A stretch of DNA of 64,000 nucleotides from the NCBI GenBank assembly GCA_965112155.1, contig OZ218102.1; one strand, given 5' to 3'. The stretch's first letter is position 1, and every line of letters starts with the position of its first letter. Of the stretch, positions 1-12,499 are shown in pieces. The notes below the pieces were generated by a model that was not told where the DNA came from, ran no database searches, and saw only the letters and a program-made list of their open reading frames with translations. The position numbers and the translations under genes were made by a program. This DNA comes from Podarcis liolepis (lineage: Eukaryota).

Positions 1-656
1 AACAATCTCCAGTTATACAGCCCCAAGAGCAGCATTTCCCAGGAGGAGGAGCAGCCCCTCTTTGGCCTGCTGCCTCCCAGGCCCCATCACCCCTTCTTGG
101 GACATGCCTGGGGGTGGGGGGGCGTTGCTTTTGGGGGGCTAGTACAGCAGGCAGGGGGCTCCTGCACAGAGACAGGGCCACCAGATGGGCGACAGAGATC
201 CTGAACAGGGATGGTGCCCGTAGGAGGGGCTGCAGCTGCAAGAGGGACCCCCCCAGAGGCAGTTGCTTGCCCCAACCACCACATTGTCTTCCACAAAGAG
301 AAATGGGGTCCTGGACCTGAGAAGAGCCCCATATCTGGATGAGACCAAGTGCCAGCTGAGTCCAGCTCCCTGTTCTCGCAGTGGCCAACCAGGTGCCCTG
401 GGTTTGCGATGCCACCCAAAAGCATGTTGCCCACACAGAGTGCCTTCTGTGTTTCTAGGCAGAAGGGCTGGACGTTGCGTGAGGAGCCTGCTGTTATCTT
501 GATGTGTGGGGCGGGGGGGGGGGAGGCTCCCTCCTTTTGGACCCTGTTTTATGGCCAAGAGGCCAGTGGGGCCATAAAGGTTTGGCGCAAACAAAGGTGA
601 GGTCTCCTGCCCTCTCTTGCAGAGCCCAGAGGAAGACTCCGGCTGTGAAGACACCC

Positions 657-751
657 ATGGCAACCATCCTCGCGGCCACCCGCATCTCCCGGCCCCTCGC
701 CCAGCTGGCCACCAAGACCTCCCACCTGAAGGATGTCTCCGCCAGCCTTCG
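657..751 (+). CDS. BDH1: BDH1 coding exon 1 (mitochondrial presequence, MATILAATRISRPLAQLATKTSHLKDVSASLR)
   Basis: Acceptor ttgcAG at 621-622, ATG at 657 in cccATGG, donor CG|GTAAGT. Arg/Ser/Leu-rich peptide resembling the human MLATRLSRPL start. Phase 2 matches the next exon. Confidence 0.88.
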
Positions 752-2359
752 GTAAGTGGCCTGGGGGGGGGGTCTGCAGGGGAGTCCCTGGGGGATTGCC
801 CCTTCAGTAGCAGGGAGAGGGGCTTCCTCTCTGTCTCTGGCCACGAGGGGCCCTTCAGCAGAGCCGCCTGATTAGGGGACCGCTTCCTTCCCCCTCCAAT
901 CCCCAAATTTCCTCCAGGCATTGCAGCTTTGCCACCCTGAGGGTTTAGCAATTGGGAAACGGAAAGCTGCCGTTAGGGGTGCCCCCTGGCATCCCCTGCT
1001 GCTGTCGCTGAGCCCTCTGTGGCCCCATCCCTTGGAAGGCTGCTGGAGACGTCCTGATCAGGGCGTGACGCCAGGGCAGAGCTCCGAAGCTGCCTCACCT
1101 GCCCGCCTGGCAGGGCTCCCTAGCTTAGCCAGGACTCTGGATCCTAAGGTGGGGGTCCATTTCCCATGGAGCAAGACGCTCCTGACTGCCCCATTCAGGG
1201 GCCAAGGTGCTGCTAGGAGCCTCCTCCTCTTCCCTCCTCCTTCCTTGGAGCTTCCCAGGGGCACCTGGCTGGCCAGGGGCTGCTGGACTAGCTGGCCCCC
1301 CTGGAAGGCCAGGTGGGCTCAGGTGGTTCTGAGGGTAGGCAAGCCACTGCTGCTTGGTGTGGCAAAAGGACCTGGCAGAGTTGGCAAGGGGTGGGGGGGG
1401 GAGAGAGACCCCCGCTGAGGGGAAGTGGGTCAGTGCAGGGTCCATTTTTAAGGGACTCAAAGGCACAGGGATTTTGGGGGGGCTCTTTCCAGCCAGAAGG
1501 CAGGACCAGCCAGTTGAGAGACCTCCCCAAGAATGGCCTCTTCCCTGACTAGCAAGCCCCATTTTCTGCAGACTTGGGGAAGGAGGTGCCAGGATTTATC
1601 CTCTTTATTTGGCACCTCTGGCAGCGCTCAGCACCCCCTTTCTGGCAGAGCAGAATTGGCTCCTCTGGGAGCCTCTGCGTGGCCTCCTTGGACTGCCCCA
1701 AGTTGAGCAAACAAGTTTCAGAAGAGTCCAGAAGGGCTGTCCTCTTTCCAAAGTCCCCCTGACACGTAGCCCCCCCAAGGCTGCCGCCTGGCCCCCTCCC
1801 CTCCCTCCAGCCGCTGGGCTGACCTTTGGGAAGGATCAGCAAGATGACGTGGGGGCAAAGGGTGACCCTCGGCCACAGTCCCTCGGCGGGGGAGCTTCCA
1901 GCCCAGAGAGATGGGGGGGGTCCTGCATTTGGGTCTGCCCCTTAGGACAAGCGCTCTCTGGGGCCTGGAGATGCTGGGGGGGGGGCTTCCTTGCCCAGAG
2001 GGCACAAGGGCCTCTGCAGCTGCCCAGCCTCTCTGAATTAACACACAGAGAGGCAGGCCTGAAGGGGCCGTAATCGTAATGAGATTACCCTGCTGGGAAT
2101 AGCTGCGAGGGCGGATCCTGCCTCTCCTGAACAGCAGCCAGAAGGGGCGAGGGGCCTGGCAGGCCCGGCCTGGACTTGGCAGGAGCAGCAGTTGGAGTCA
2201 GGGAGGAAGAGGAAGAGAGATGGGGATTGCAGGTGGGGAGAGAAATGGAGGGGGCAGGAGGTCCCTTCTTCCGCCTGCCCAGCTCTCTCTTCCCTCGGTC
2301 TGGCAGGGGGGAGCCTTTCCCAGCTGACTTGAAACTGGGGGCTTGTTTGTTTGTTTGTT

Positions 2360-2562
2360 TGTTTGTTTCTATCCCACCCTTTCCCCCAGGAGCTCAAGGG
2401 GGCACGGATAGTTCTCCCCCTCCTTGTTTAATCCCCCCCAACAACCCTGCAAGGTAGGTTAGGCAGAGAGGCGCAGCGACTGGCTCAATGAGCCTGGTGG
2501 GGCTTTGAACGCTGGTCCCTCCCAGGTCCTAGCCTGACACTCTCAGCACAGCGCCACGCTGG
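2360..2562 (-). mobile_element. Degenerate tRNA-derived (MIR-like/Squam2-type) SINE with (GTTT)n tail
   Basis: 'caacaaccctgcaaggtaggttaggc...tttgaac.ctggtc.ctcccag.tcctagcc..acactct' is a typical squamate SINE core in reverse, preceded by TTTG repeats. Confidence 0.5.
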
Positions 2563-2704
2563 ATCCCTCGGGCAGCCGGAGCCAGCGCTGTGGCCCTGCT
2601 TGGGTTGGCAGCTCCTGAGAGTGGTCAGGAGAGAACAAGAGAGCTTCTGCTGAGCCCCTTGGGGAGTGGGACCCGCAGCCAAAAGTCCTTGACCCTGGCC
2701 AGCC

Positions 2705-2744
2705 GGGGGGGGGGGAGGGAGGGGAGGGGAGGGGAGGGGAGGGG
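2705..2744 (+). repeat. G11 + (GGGGA)n purine tract, G-quadruplex-forming
   Basis: Seven G-runs of 3 or more, separated by single A. Confidence 0.8.
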
Positions 2745-3456
2745 TGGTGTCATCTGATGAAAATAACCGCCTCTTGCCATGACGCCTCCTGGGAGCAGCA
2801 AACCCAGGCGAGGAGGGGCGCTGGGTGACTTCTCACGGACTGGGCTCTTGTGTCCCCCCCCCCCCAAGAAAGAGCTAGAAATTCTCAGTTTCCTGGGCGG
2901 CAGCCTGGGACTTAGTCTGAAGCAGTGCCCCCCCCCCCCTTCTGGGGCAAAAGGAAAGGGGCTGGGCCCCATTGGGAGAGGTGGGCGCACTGCCATCAGG
3001 GCGCAGGGAAATGGACAAGTGCCCATCAAGCCCAGCAGCTCCCCTTGGCTCTGGAAGAGGAGACTTGCCCTCAGTGAGGGGACGGGTGAAAAGCAAGTTG
3101 AAGGATTAAGTCAAGAGGGTCAGATCTTTCCAGAATGCCTGGGGGCTATGGGGGCCACAAGAGGACAGGCCTTTTTAGGGAATCGCGGAATCCTGGAAGG
3201 GACCCCCCGGGGCCATCTAGTCCCACCCCTGCAAGGCAGCAGTCAAAACTCGGCGTCCCGGGCAGGCGGCCAGGCTCCCCAGCTGGACTGCTCTCTGCAG
3301 GGAGACTAGCCTGGGGGTCGGGGGGGGGGGTCACAGCCAGGAGGTGCTGGAGCCCCTGGAGAAAGAGAGAGGGAGGGACATGATGTTGGGGATCAGTTTT
3401 CCCGGATGGGAGCTTCCGCTGACCCAGCCGCTGGCCTGCTGCCTTCTCCCTCGCAG

Positions 3457-3529
3457 GCCCCTGCCTGAGATCTGTTCCTCGGTGTCCCGCCTGCAGGGCC
3501 GGCGTTCCTACGCAACGGAAGTGGATGAG
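3457..3529 (+). CDS. BDH1: BDH1 coding exon 2 (RPLPEICSSVSRLQGRRSYATEVDE)
   Basis: Pyrimidine tract + cgcAG acceptor, GAG|GTGAGA donor, 73 nt, phases 2/0. GRRSYA matches the BDH1 GRRTYA presequence-cleavage region. Confidence 0.9.
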
Positions 3530-3800
3530 GTGAGAGCCTGTGGAATTCACTGCCACAAGGGGGGGATGAGGCCCATGCAGGGAGGGGCACAGAGATGGGG
3601 ATACTGGGCCGCCCTTGGCTTCTAGGGGGTCTTCCTCCAGCTTCCTGGCTGGGGTGGGGTCTGGGAGGCAGCTCAGCGGCCTTTTCTGGCGGGGCTCTTG
3701 TGAGGTGAGGGGCTTCCTCCCGGGGTGCCCCCTTGTGGCCAGCAGCAACACTGATCTTTCTGGGCTGTTTCCTGGAGGAACCTGAGCTGTCCATCCTGAG

Positions 3801-3975
3801 ATCGTAGAATTGCAGAGTTGGAAGGGACCCCAGGGTCATCTAGTCCCACCCCCACCCCCCCGCAATGCAGGAATTTCAGCTAAGGCATCCAGGACAGACC
3901 TCCAGGGAAGGAGAGTCCACCGCTCTCCTCTTGTGGAAATCGGTTCCCCTGTCAAACGGCTCTCACCATCAGAAC
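3801..3975 (-). mobile_element. CR1 LINE 3' fragment
   Basis: 'tagaattgcagagttggaagggaccccagggtcatctagtcc' is the reverse of the CR1 3' stem-loop/tail, with the same motif as the copies ending at 19097 and 26095. Confidence 0.75.
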
Positions 3976-4221
3976 ACTCTTCCGTGGAGCCAGCCTGGGC
4001 TTCCTGGTTCATCTGGGGAAATTCCCCCCAGCGCTGTTTCCTTGATGGGGCTGCTGGCATTTCTGGGAGTGTCTGAAGACCCCAAAGGTTTGCCAGCTGG
4101 AGTCCTGACCTGGAGGGTTCTGGGTGCCACCCCCCCCCCCGAGGTTGTGGGACCCCCTTTTCATGAGAGGTGGGCCTGCTCCTCCCTGGGGGGTCTCCAA
4201 CGTCCCCTTTTTGTGCTCCAG

Positions 4222-4332
4222 ATTGGCGAGAGGCCCGTCCTCATCACTGGCTGCGATTCTGGCTTTGGCTTCGCCCTGGCCAAACACCTGCACGAGCGAG
4301 GATTCATCATCTATGCCGGCTGCCTGCTCAAG
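4222..4332 (+). CDS. BDH1: BDH1 coding exon 3 (Rossmann motif TGCDSGFG)
   Basis: ccAG acceptor, AAG|GTAAGG donor, 111 nt. Encodes [37 protein letters not shown] with the SDR TGxxxGxG motif. Confidence 0.97.
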
Positions 4333-5198
4333 GTAAGGGGGGGAGCTGGGGGGGGAAGAGGGAGGGGAAGCCCAAGCCGCCAAGCCCCTCCTGGGCAGAC
4401 CCCCCCTCCAGCTGCTCTCTCCCAGGGGGCCCTGGAGGGTCCTTGTCTCTCCAAAACCCAACCAGAGGGAGCCTGTGGATGTAGGCAGGAGCAAGTGTGG
4501 GGAAGCAGGCGGCCTGGGGGAAGGTTAGTTAAAGGGCAGCTGGTCCCCCCTGGGGCCCCCTCTCCAAAGCCCCCTGCCTGGCCCGGGAGGGATGTGGGGC
4601 TCCCCCTGCTGGCCACACTCTCAAATTGCAGCCAGAGATGCTCTTCCCTTGCAGGAGAATCCCAGTCATCCTTACCATTTTCAAGGGCCCAAAATAGTTG
4701 GGGGGGGCAAAGTCTTTTCATGAGTGCCTGGCCCCCACCTGCTGGTTCTGGCAGCCCTTCCCCCCGGCTGGGAGGCCCAAGGCAGCCGGCTGCAGCTCTT
4801 GCCTGCCCCCTGGTGGCAAGACAAAATGCCTCCTCTGCCAAATTGGTGAAAGTCTGGCAAACATCACTTTGGGTGAAATAAAACCATAAAATTGGCACAA
4901 AGTCTCCTTTGCGAAGGAATGGCGCCGTTTCCTTGTGCACATGGCTAAAAACGAAGAGAGAGAACTCCCCTCACTGTACAAACCTTTTTGGTTAACACAA
5001 ACTGTTTTGTCTCCTTTGCTCCATGCAAACTGCCAGGGAGAAGATTCCCTCGTGTCACTTGGCCCTTTGCCTAAACACCAGCTTCTGGGTTCAGGGTGGG
5101 ATATTTCAATATTTAGCTGTGTGACATTGTTGCATGCTGAAAGGATGTCAAAAGAAAACAGTAAGCAAACAAATGCCCCCCCCCCCGCTCTTCCTCAG

Positions 5199-5340
5199 GA
5201 GCAGGGAAGGGGCGGCTCCAAGGATCTGGACGCCATGAAGAGTGACCGGATGAGGACCGTCCAGCTCAATGTCTGCGACAGTGAAGACGTTAGCCGGGCC
5301 GTGGACTACATGACCTCCACTCTGAAGATGCCAGAAAAGG
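5199..5340 (+). CDS. BDH1: BDH1 coding exon 4
   Basis: ctcAG acceptor, G|GTAGGT donor, 142 nt. Encodes [31 protein letters not shown]...PEKG. Confidence 0.96.
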
Positions 5341-5708
5341 GTAGGTGGGGGTCTGGCATGAGATCAGCCGAGGAAGGGGGTCCGGCAGCCCTTGGCTCCG
5401 CACGTGGCCCCCCCATCTCCCCAGCCTCCTTCTCTGGGGGGACCTTGTGGGGCTGTGCAGGTCTGAGGCATTGGCTGGGCCTGGCAAAGACGCCAGAGGC
5501 AGGAAAACACCCTTGGAGCCCTTCCAGCCCCCTCCTGGCCTGAGGGCTCGCCGGGTGCAGCGTGGCTTGTGAGGCAGTCGTGAGGAAGCCCCGCTTGGCT
5601 GTGCTTGTGGCCTGAAGCCCCGTTCATTGCTCCCCCTCGGGGCACACAAATGCAATTACAGACGGGGTTATGCGATGACTGACGTCTCCGTGGGTCTTCT
5701 CCCTTCAG

Positions 5709-5861
5709 GGCTGTGGGGCCTGGTCAACAATGCTGGGATCTCGACCTTTGGGGAGGTGGAGTTCACCAGCATGGACACCTACAAGGAGGTGGCGGAGGTG
5801 AACCTGTGGGGAACGATCCGCACCACCAAGGCCTTCTTGCCTCTCATCCGCAGGGCCAAAG
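5709..5861 (+). CDS. BDH1: BDH1 coding exon 5 (NNAG motif)
   Basis: ttcAG acceptor, AG|GTGAGT donor, 153 nt. Encodes [52 protein letters not shown]. Confidence 0.98.
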
Positions 5862-6239
5862 GTGAGTGAGACGGTGGGGCTCCCCATAGCTGTAGCTCAG
5901 GGGTCCGGACCTGCTGCAGGCTCTGCCTCCACCACCCCTAACCACTGGGCATGCTGGCTGCTGGGCAGGGTGTGTCAGGAACCCTGCAGCATCCTGGGGG
6001 GGAGGCCTTTGGGGTTGGTGGGTCTTTGGGAGAGAAGGAGGGCTGGGTCAGGGAGCTTTGCCCAGCAGCCCCCGTGAGTCAGGGGCTTCCACCCCACAAG
6101 CACCTGCAGAAGGGGCCTGTGGCCAGAGGAGGGGCTTGTTGGGGGGCCCCCGAGGCGGCCCCTGCCCCTTGCTCTTCAGCCCCTTCAGGGTCCCCCTCCC
6201 CTCATCCCCTGCCCCCCTCACGTGCGCTTCCCCCGCCAG

Positions 6240-6709
6240 GCCGCGTGGTGAACATCAGCAGCATGATGGGCCGCATGGCCAACCCGGCGCGCTCCCCCTA
6301 CTGCATCACCAAGTTTGGGGTGGAGGCCTTCTCCGACTGCCTGCGCTACGAGATGCGCCCACACGACGTCAAGGTGTGCATCGTGGAGCCGGGCAACTTC
6401 ATCGCGGGCACCAGCCTCTACAGCCCCGAGCGCATCCAGGCCATCGCCGACAAGATGTGGGACGAGCTGCCCGAGATCGTGCGCCGTGACTACGGGCGCA
6501 AGTACTTTGACGAGCAGATCGCCAAGATGGAGTCGTACTGCAACAGCGGCTCCTCCGACACGTCGCCCGTCATTGACAGCATCGCCCACGCCCTGACCTC
6601 CTCCACCCCCTACACCCGCTACCACCCCATGGACTACTACTGGTGGCTGCGCATGCAGGTCATGACCCACATGCCGGCCGCCATCTCGGACCGCCTCTAC
6701 ATCTACTGA
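6240..6709 (+). CDS. BDH1: BDH1 last coding exon (catalytic S...YxxxK and lipid-binding C-terminus)
   Basis: gccAG acceptor; GRVVNISS...[21 protein letters not shown]...[13 protein letters not shown]; TGA at 6707-6709. The six exons sum to 1044 nt = 347 aa + stop. Confidence 0.98.
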
Positions 6710-7849
6710 GCGGGGGGGAGGGGGGACCCCTGCGCCCCCCACCGCCACCGTGTCCACCTCCAGGAAGGGAAACTAATGCTAAGGGTTACCCTGTACAAAT
6801 TTCTCCGTAGTCGCTTGTCTAGTTGAGGTCCAAGTACTGTATTTTTAGGGCTAAGCTGTTGTTAATTTAAGCGTTTGAGGCTCCCTTATTCCTTGCATGG
6901 TGTGTCTCCAACCAGTGCTATTTATTTCCAATAGACCCATTTCCCCCCTCCCATCTCAGCTGCTTTGGTCAGAGTCCCTGCTGCATCGACAGCTGCCCTC
7001 CCTTGGGAGCCCCCCTTGAGTGGCAGGCGGGGGGGGTGGACCCTGTGCCCCTGGCTCCTTCCGCCCAGCGCCCAGAAGCCCTAGAGCCCCCCCACTCTGG
7101 GCTGGAGCTGGGGCTCCAAAGGAGCCATTGGGCCTCCTCCGGCCTTGCCGGCCTTTTGCACACTCCTTCCGGGGGGCGACTCTGTGGACCAGAAACACAA
7201 ACACTCCCCCCCCACACTAGGCAGGCTCATTCCCATGCACTCCTGCGAGCAAGCGAGTGATGTTCTCCTGAGCCGGGCACTTTGAAGAGGGGCTGCAGAG
7301 GCAGGGTGGGGGGAGCTTCTGGGGGAGCCCCCACCCCTCAGTTTGGGCAGCCAGATGCTCCTAAAGGGCAAGGAGGGTCCCTTGGGCTGGACAGGGAATT
7401 TTTTAGAGGACTTTTTAGAAGTTCAAACTCTTTCCGGCATGCTGGCAGGGGGGGGGGAATGCCTGCCCCCTTTGCTCCCCAGGGCCAGCTGCGCTCACAG
7501 GGCACTGCAGCAATAAGTGGCTCTCGCTGTCGGTAGCGCACACCAAGGAGCGGCAGGCTAGCCATGCCCCCCCCCAGCCACTGAGCGAGGACGGGGGGGG
7601 GGGGGCCTCTGGGAAAGGGAACAAGCCTTGCGAGCCAGGACGGCAGAGTCTCTGCTCCACTGCAGTTTTAGGAACACACTTTTGTACAAAAAAGCCACGT
7701 GGAGATATTTTTGTGATGCTTCAGAGGCGAACAAAACTGTCACTGGAAGCTGATGAAAAGTGTTTATGAAAGTGGGGGGCAGGGGGGGCCTGCACTTCTG
7801 TAACGGGGGAGGGGGAGTCTGTGATCAAATATCCTCTGCCTTGATTAAC

Positions 7850-7855
7850 ATTAAA
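7850..7855 (+). terminator. Candidate BDH1 polyadenylation signal (ATTAAA)
   Basis: Variant hexamer about 1.1 kb after the stop, followed by pyrimidine/T-rich sequence. No transcript evidence. Confidence 0.3.
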
Positions 7856-9514
7856 CAACAGTGACAAGGAAGACGCTGCCAGACTCCTTCCTTCCTCTCT
7901 CTGCTTCTCTATATTTGCCTGCAAATATAGACGTCGTCTTCTTTACAATCCCTCGTGTCTTTGATAGAAGTAACATCAACTTTGTTCTGGCAAACTCGGC
8001 GTTTCTTCCCACAGACGAACTTAATCATCGAGCTGCAGAATGAAGTAGTAAAGAAGCAATCGCTTAGAAAACAGGGCAAATCTGTGCCTGTATTAATATT
8101 TCCCTTGAAGGAAGGCTAAGAAATAGAAGGATGAAGAGCCTGTCTCTGTGCTTCCCTTGGGAAAGAGAAGTGGGGATTGTCAAGAAAAGGACGACGTCTA
8201 TATTTGTCTGCTTGTCTGTCCTCCTTATTGCGAAGCACTTGTCCGTGGTGATATATTTTTCTGTGACTTTGCATTGTGCTATTATATCACCACCCTCTGT
8301 ACTGCCTGTTGAAGCATCTGGCTGGGGCTGAGCCCCCCCATGTTAGGCAGCCAGTCTCTTCTGCAACGGGGGCCATGGGGGGGGTCTCTTGGCCATGCCT
8401 CGCCAGAGCTGCCACCGGGCATTGTGGGGAGCCTGTCTGGCGGATTGGGGGTGGGGGGAGAGTAGGGTCAGTGCTTGGGGGGGGTCCTTTAGGCCACAGG
8501 AGGGGGCTCCTCCTTCCTGGGTGGAAGCCCCCCCCATGTATGAAGCAGAGATGGGGACCCCCTTTCAAAAAAGTGTTTTCTTGTGAGGCCTGGCAGGGCT
8601 GACCCAGGCGCTGGGAAGCTAAGCGCAGGGCTGGCCTGCCCCTCCCCCCCATTTCCCCAGCATCCCCCTGGGCATAGTGACCCTCGAGGGTCTTCGTTCT
8701 GTGGCATTTGCCTGCTGTGCCAGGTGCCAAAGGCCTCCATCCTCCTGGCTGGGTCAGGGGCTGCCTGCCAGAGCTGGGCCAAGAGTGCAAGAGGAGCCCA
8801 TGAGAGAAACTGCCCCTTCATCGCAGGCCAAGGGCAGCTTTTTAGGGGGGAAATGGCCCAGGGGGGGGGCAAGGCAAGGAGGTGCTAGCAGCCCTAGAGC
8901 CCGAGGTGGAAGGCAGAAGCCTCCCCAGTTCATCCTTGTCGCTGCCCCCCCCCAGCTGCACAGCCCCCAGCCTCATGGCAGGATGGCATGGAAGGGCAGC
9001 ACCTGTTTCACGAAGGGCAGGCCTTGTCTGCCTTCACTGGAGGGCTTGCCAGGAAAATGCTCTTGGAAAATTTCCTGGTGGGGAAAAGGGATGCGCAGGA
9101 AACAGCTGCCTTGTGCCACCCAACAACCCGCAATTCCTGTCCAAATCAGTGAGAAAAGCTAAACGCAAAACCAGGCAACTTTGCCAGAGCAGCCTCCCAT
9201 CACCAGGAGGCCAGAACTATTTCAGCAGCCAGGACCGGCCGGCAGAGAAGCCTTGCCCTGTGCCTCAGTCCAGATGGCAGCCTCAGAGGAGCCCCCTTTG
9301 CTCCCCAAGACCAGCCTTGCGGGAATCTCAGCCTTGCTTGGGAGAGCGGCAGCAACCACTGGGCACCTATAGTGTTTATTATTTATTTATTATGTATTCA
9401 GTTTATATACTGCACTTTATCCAAAAATCCCAGAGCAGTGTACAACACGAAAACATAATTTATATAGCATAATAATAAGAATGAAGAAAAAAAAACAATC
9501 AGGGAAAAAATTGT

Positions 9515-9641
9515 GTATCTGAAGAAGTATGCATGAAAGCTCATACCAAGAACAAACTTAGTTGGTCTCTAAGGTGCTACTAGACAATTTCTTTTATATA
9601 TTTCTACTGCATCAGACCAACACGGCCACCTACCTGAATCT
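9515..9641 (+). mobile_element. Penelope-like pLTR fragment (copy A) with degenerate minimal hammerhead motif
   Basis: GTAT-CTGAAGA-agtatgcat-GAAAGCTC-ATAC followed by 'cttagttggtctctaaggtgctact...cagaccaacacggc.acctacctg'. Homologous to copies B-D. Confidence 0.75.
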
Positions 9642-9689
9642 AGAAAAAAATCATAATAGTCTCTTCACTTTTAAAAGGCCATAATTTAA

Positions 9690-10400
9690 TGGCCAGAGGC
9701 TTGGGTAAAGATAAATGTTTTTGCCTGGCACATAAAGACCATATAAGGACGGTGCCAGGTGAGCGCCTCTCCTGGGGTGACTCCACAACTGGGGAGTCGC
9801 CACAGAAAATGTCCGTTCTGGTGTTGTCACCCTCCATAGAGAAAGGTGGGAGAAGGGTCAGGTGACCAGGGCAGAGTCCAGGGTGGTTTGCATGGGGAGA
9901 GGCGGCTCTGAAGGCATTGAGGTCCTGAGCCTTGTCTCTGGATTGAGCCTCCGTTGGTGGGCTCTCATCCAGTCTATTACTGAGGAAAGACAGCGTTCTG
10001 GCACATCTACTGCTTGGCCTGTGGATATAAAGGAAAAAAAGAGCTGGGCATCACCAGCATATTGCTGCCAACACACTGCACATCTCCGGATGACTCCGCT
10101 CAGTGGCTTCATGGTGGGTGGAATGGAGCCTGAGGGACCCCCCAGGGAAGGCTCCTTGGGGCTCCTGAAGACAACCATCCAAGGAGGACTGGAACCACTG
10201 CAGAGCCCCACCACGTGCCCCCAACTCAGCCAGCCTCTCCGGGAGGAGTCTGGGGTGATATCGAAACCTGCGAGAGGAAGACTAACATTGCCCGTCTCTC
10301 TCAACAGAGGTCATCATATATGGATCTAAAGAACCAGTCTGCTCCAAGAGCACCTGGATCTGGTCAGCGAACAGAACGGCAGACAAAAGCGCAGAGGGAT
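9690..10400 (-). mobile_element. Degenerate L2 LINE (RT remnant + 3' end)
   Basis: Minus-strand peptide CWQQYAGDAQLFFSF...CLSSVIDWMRAHQRRLNPET resembles the L2 RT YADD...WMxxNxLxLNP segment. Confidence 0.75.
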
Positions 10401-10504
10401 CCCCAAACGACCCTTTGAGTGAAGTGCAGGTCTCAGGTCTCAAAGTGCCGGCCAGGGCCGGCCTCTGCACTGACTGGCAGCAAACAGGATTGGGGCCTTG
10501 AGCA

Positions 10505-10641
10505 GGCGAGGCAGATGCCTTCCTTGGAAGTTTTTAAGCAGAGGTGGTGCTGCCACCTGTCATGGATGCTTTAGCTGAGATTCCGGAATGACGGGGTTGG
10601 ACTAGATGACCCTTGGGGTCCCTTCCAACTCTACGATTCTA
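10505..10641 (+). mobile_element. CR1 LINE 3' fragment
   Basis: 'ggggttggactagatgacccttggggtcccttccaactctacgattctat' is the CR1 terminus. Confidence 0.75.
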
Positions 10642-12499
10642 TACTCTGCCATTGAGCTGCAGCCCTCGCTCATTCTGGACTCTGCTTAGCTACAGGCTGT
10701 GCCTGTCACAGGGCAGCAGGAGAGGACAAGACCCTGATTGTCATCGTCCTCCTCCTCCTTCGGGATTCATGGCTGAGAGGAGCCCAGCAGAGCCAGGAGT
10801 CTGGCCTGGGCAAACGGAAAGGGGGGGAGGAGGAGGAGAAGAGAGAGGCCTTCTCCAGGCCTCCACCCTCCTCCAGATACGGTTCTTGTGGCCTCAGCAG
10901 CAAAAGGCATTCAGGATGCTGCAGAAAGCAGCCCCACCAGCTCCTGGGGAGACAAGTTTCTCTCTGCTGGGTGGGGAGGGAGAAACTAGAGGGCTCCCCC
11001 CCCACACACCCTGGCCTGATCCAGCTACAGGGCTCTCCTCACATCCCAAGGGCTGCCCACCACCTGCGGCCAGGAGAAGACGGAGCTGCCCACCAGTGCC
11101 CGTCTGTGCCACCTCCACTGCTGCTCTGCCTCCTGCACTGACACCCAATTGAGTCCTGCACTCCCCCCCCCCATGCGCCCTCCCTCATGCACACGCGGCC
11201 TCTGTGTTGTGTTCATGCCCAGATCTGAGCAAGTGGCCCATCTGGGGTGAACTGCCTTTGTGCTCCAGGGGGCATGATGAAGACCCAGGGGCGTGGGGCT
11301 GGGGCAGACCCTGCCCCTGCTGGCGCTCCTCCTGGAAACTCTTCGTGGGTGGTGGTGTGGGGCAGGGGGGGGCAGGGTCCGTCTGTGCACAAGATACCAG
11401 GCTGGCTCCCTTCTGCGCTCCTGGGGGGGGGGCAGGCGGGGCGTCTGCAAGAGAGGCGTCACATACCAAGGCACCCTGTCTCCCTGCTTGGCGCAGGCTG
11501 GCACCACCATGGGACGCTGGCCCTCCCAAAGTGGCTGAATTGGGCTTTGTGCGGAAAGCGAGCTGTGCCCAGCTGGGAGGCGGCCCCTGCTCCGCTGTCG
11601 GGCACAGCCCTCATGCTCCCCCTCCCTGGCGCGGCTCAGGCCATCCCTCCAGGCCAGGCTAGTTACCTGCTTTTCAACTGAAGCAAACTTTCAAAGTGAA
11701 AACAAACAAAATGCATTCAAACCTCTGAGGAGAAAATACAGTCATTTTTAAACAAACTTTTATGAAATAAATCAGCAGCATTACTTTCACCGCAAGGCGA
11801 GTAATGCGAATGCAGCCCCCAAGCCTGTTCCACTTGGAGGGGAAAGTCTTGCTTAGGAGCCCCACTGAAAGGGCATCCAGCCATTCTCCAGCAGCAATGA
11901 AGACACAGGCACAGGCGGGGGGGGGGTGGCTGCCACGAGCCCCCTCAGCCCCAGAGGAAAGGAGGAGGCGCAGCCCAGGATCTCAGTGATGTTGTATGCT
12001 GCTCCCTGCCTACATGGACACAGAGTCAGGGCAGTGGTCTGGCAGAGACCAGCAGGGGTGAGATGCTGCTGTCAAGACGTGAGATGCCCTGTCAAGGTCT
12101 GCAGGGAAGGAAGCAGACCTCTGGGAGAGCCCTTTGCCTCAATGCTGGCTCACCTAGAAACGGGGAGGTCCTGGAAGAGGACATTTCCCCTTCTCAGCCA
12201 AGGCTGGGTGCGCCTGCCAGAGTGGGAGCTGCCATGCTTGAGCAAGTCGTCAGGAAAGTGGCATGCGTGGTGCAGCAGGACCTTTGGGTGGGCATGGAGA
12301 GGCTTCTGAGACACCTCCAAAAGGCCATTTTGCCAGTGCCTCCCTGCTCCGCCCATTTGCAGAAGGAAGAGGAGGGCAGAAGGAAGGGAAGCAGCCACCG
12401 CCCAGGCCAGCTCATTGCTGGCTCTCTGGAGCATCCCGGATCGAGGCTCTTCAGTAAACTAGGAGACTTGTGAAATTATTATTATTATTATTATAAATC

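Noticed and set aside
594-622. AAG|GTGAGG donor-like site just before BDH1 exon 1
   Set aside because: It would define a 26-nt intron, too short to splice; the true upstream exon is probably outside the window.
3865-4881. 338-aa ORF, and similar long ORFs at 4935 and 5951
   Set aside because: Only the BDH1 exon segments are coding; the rest is GC-rich intron that lacks stops by chance.
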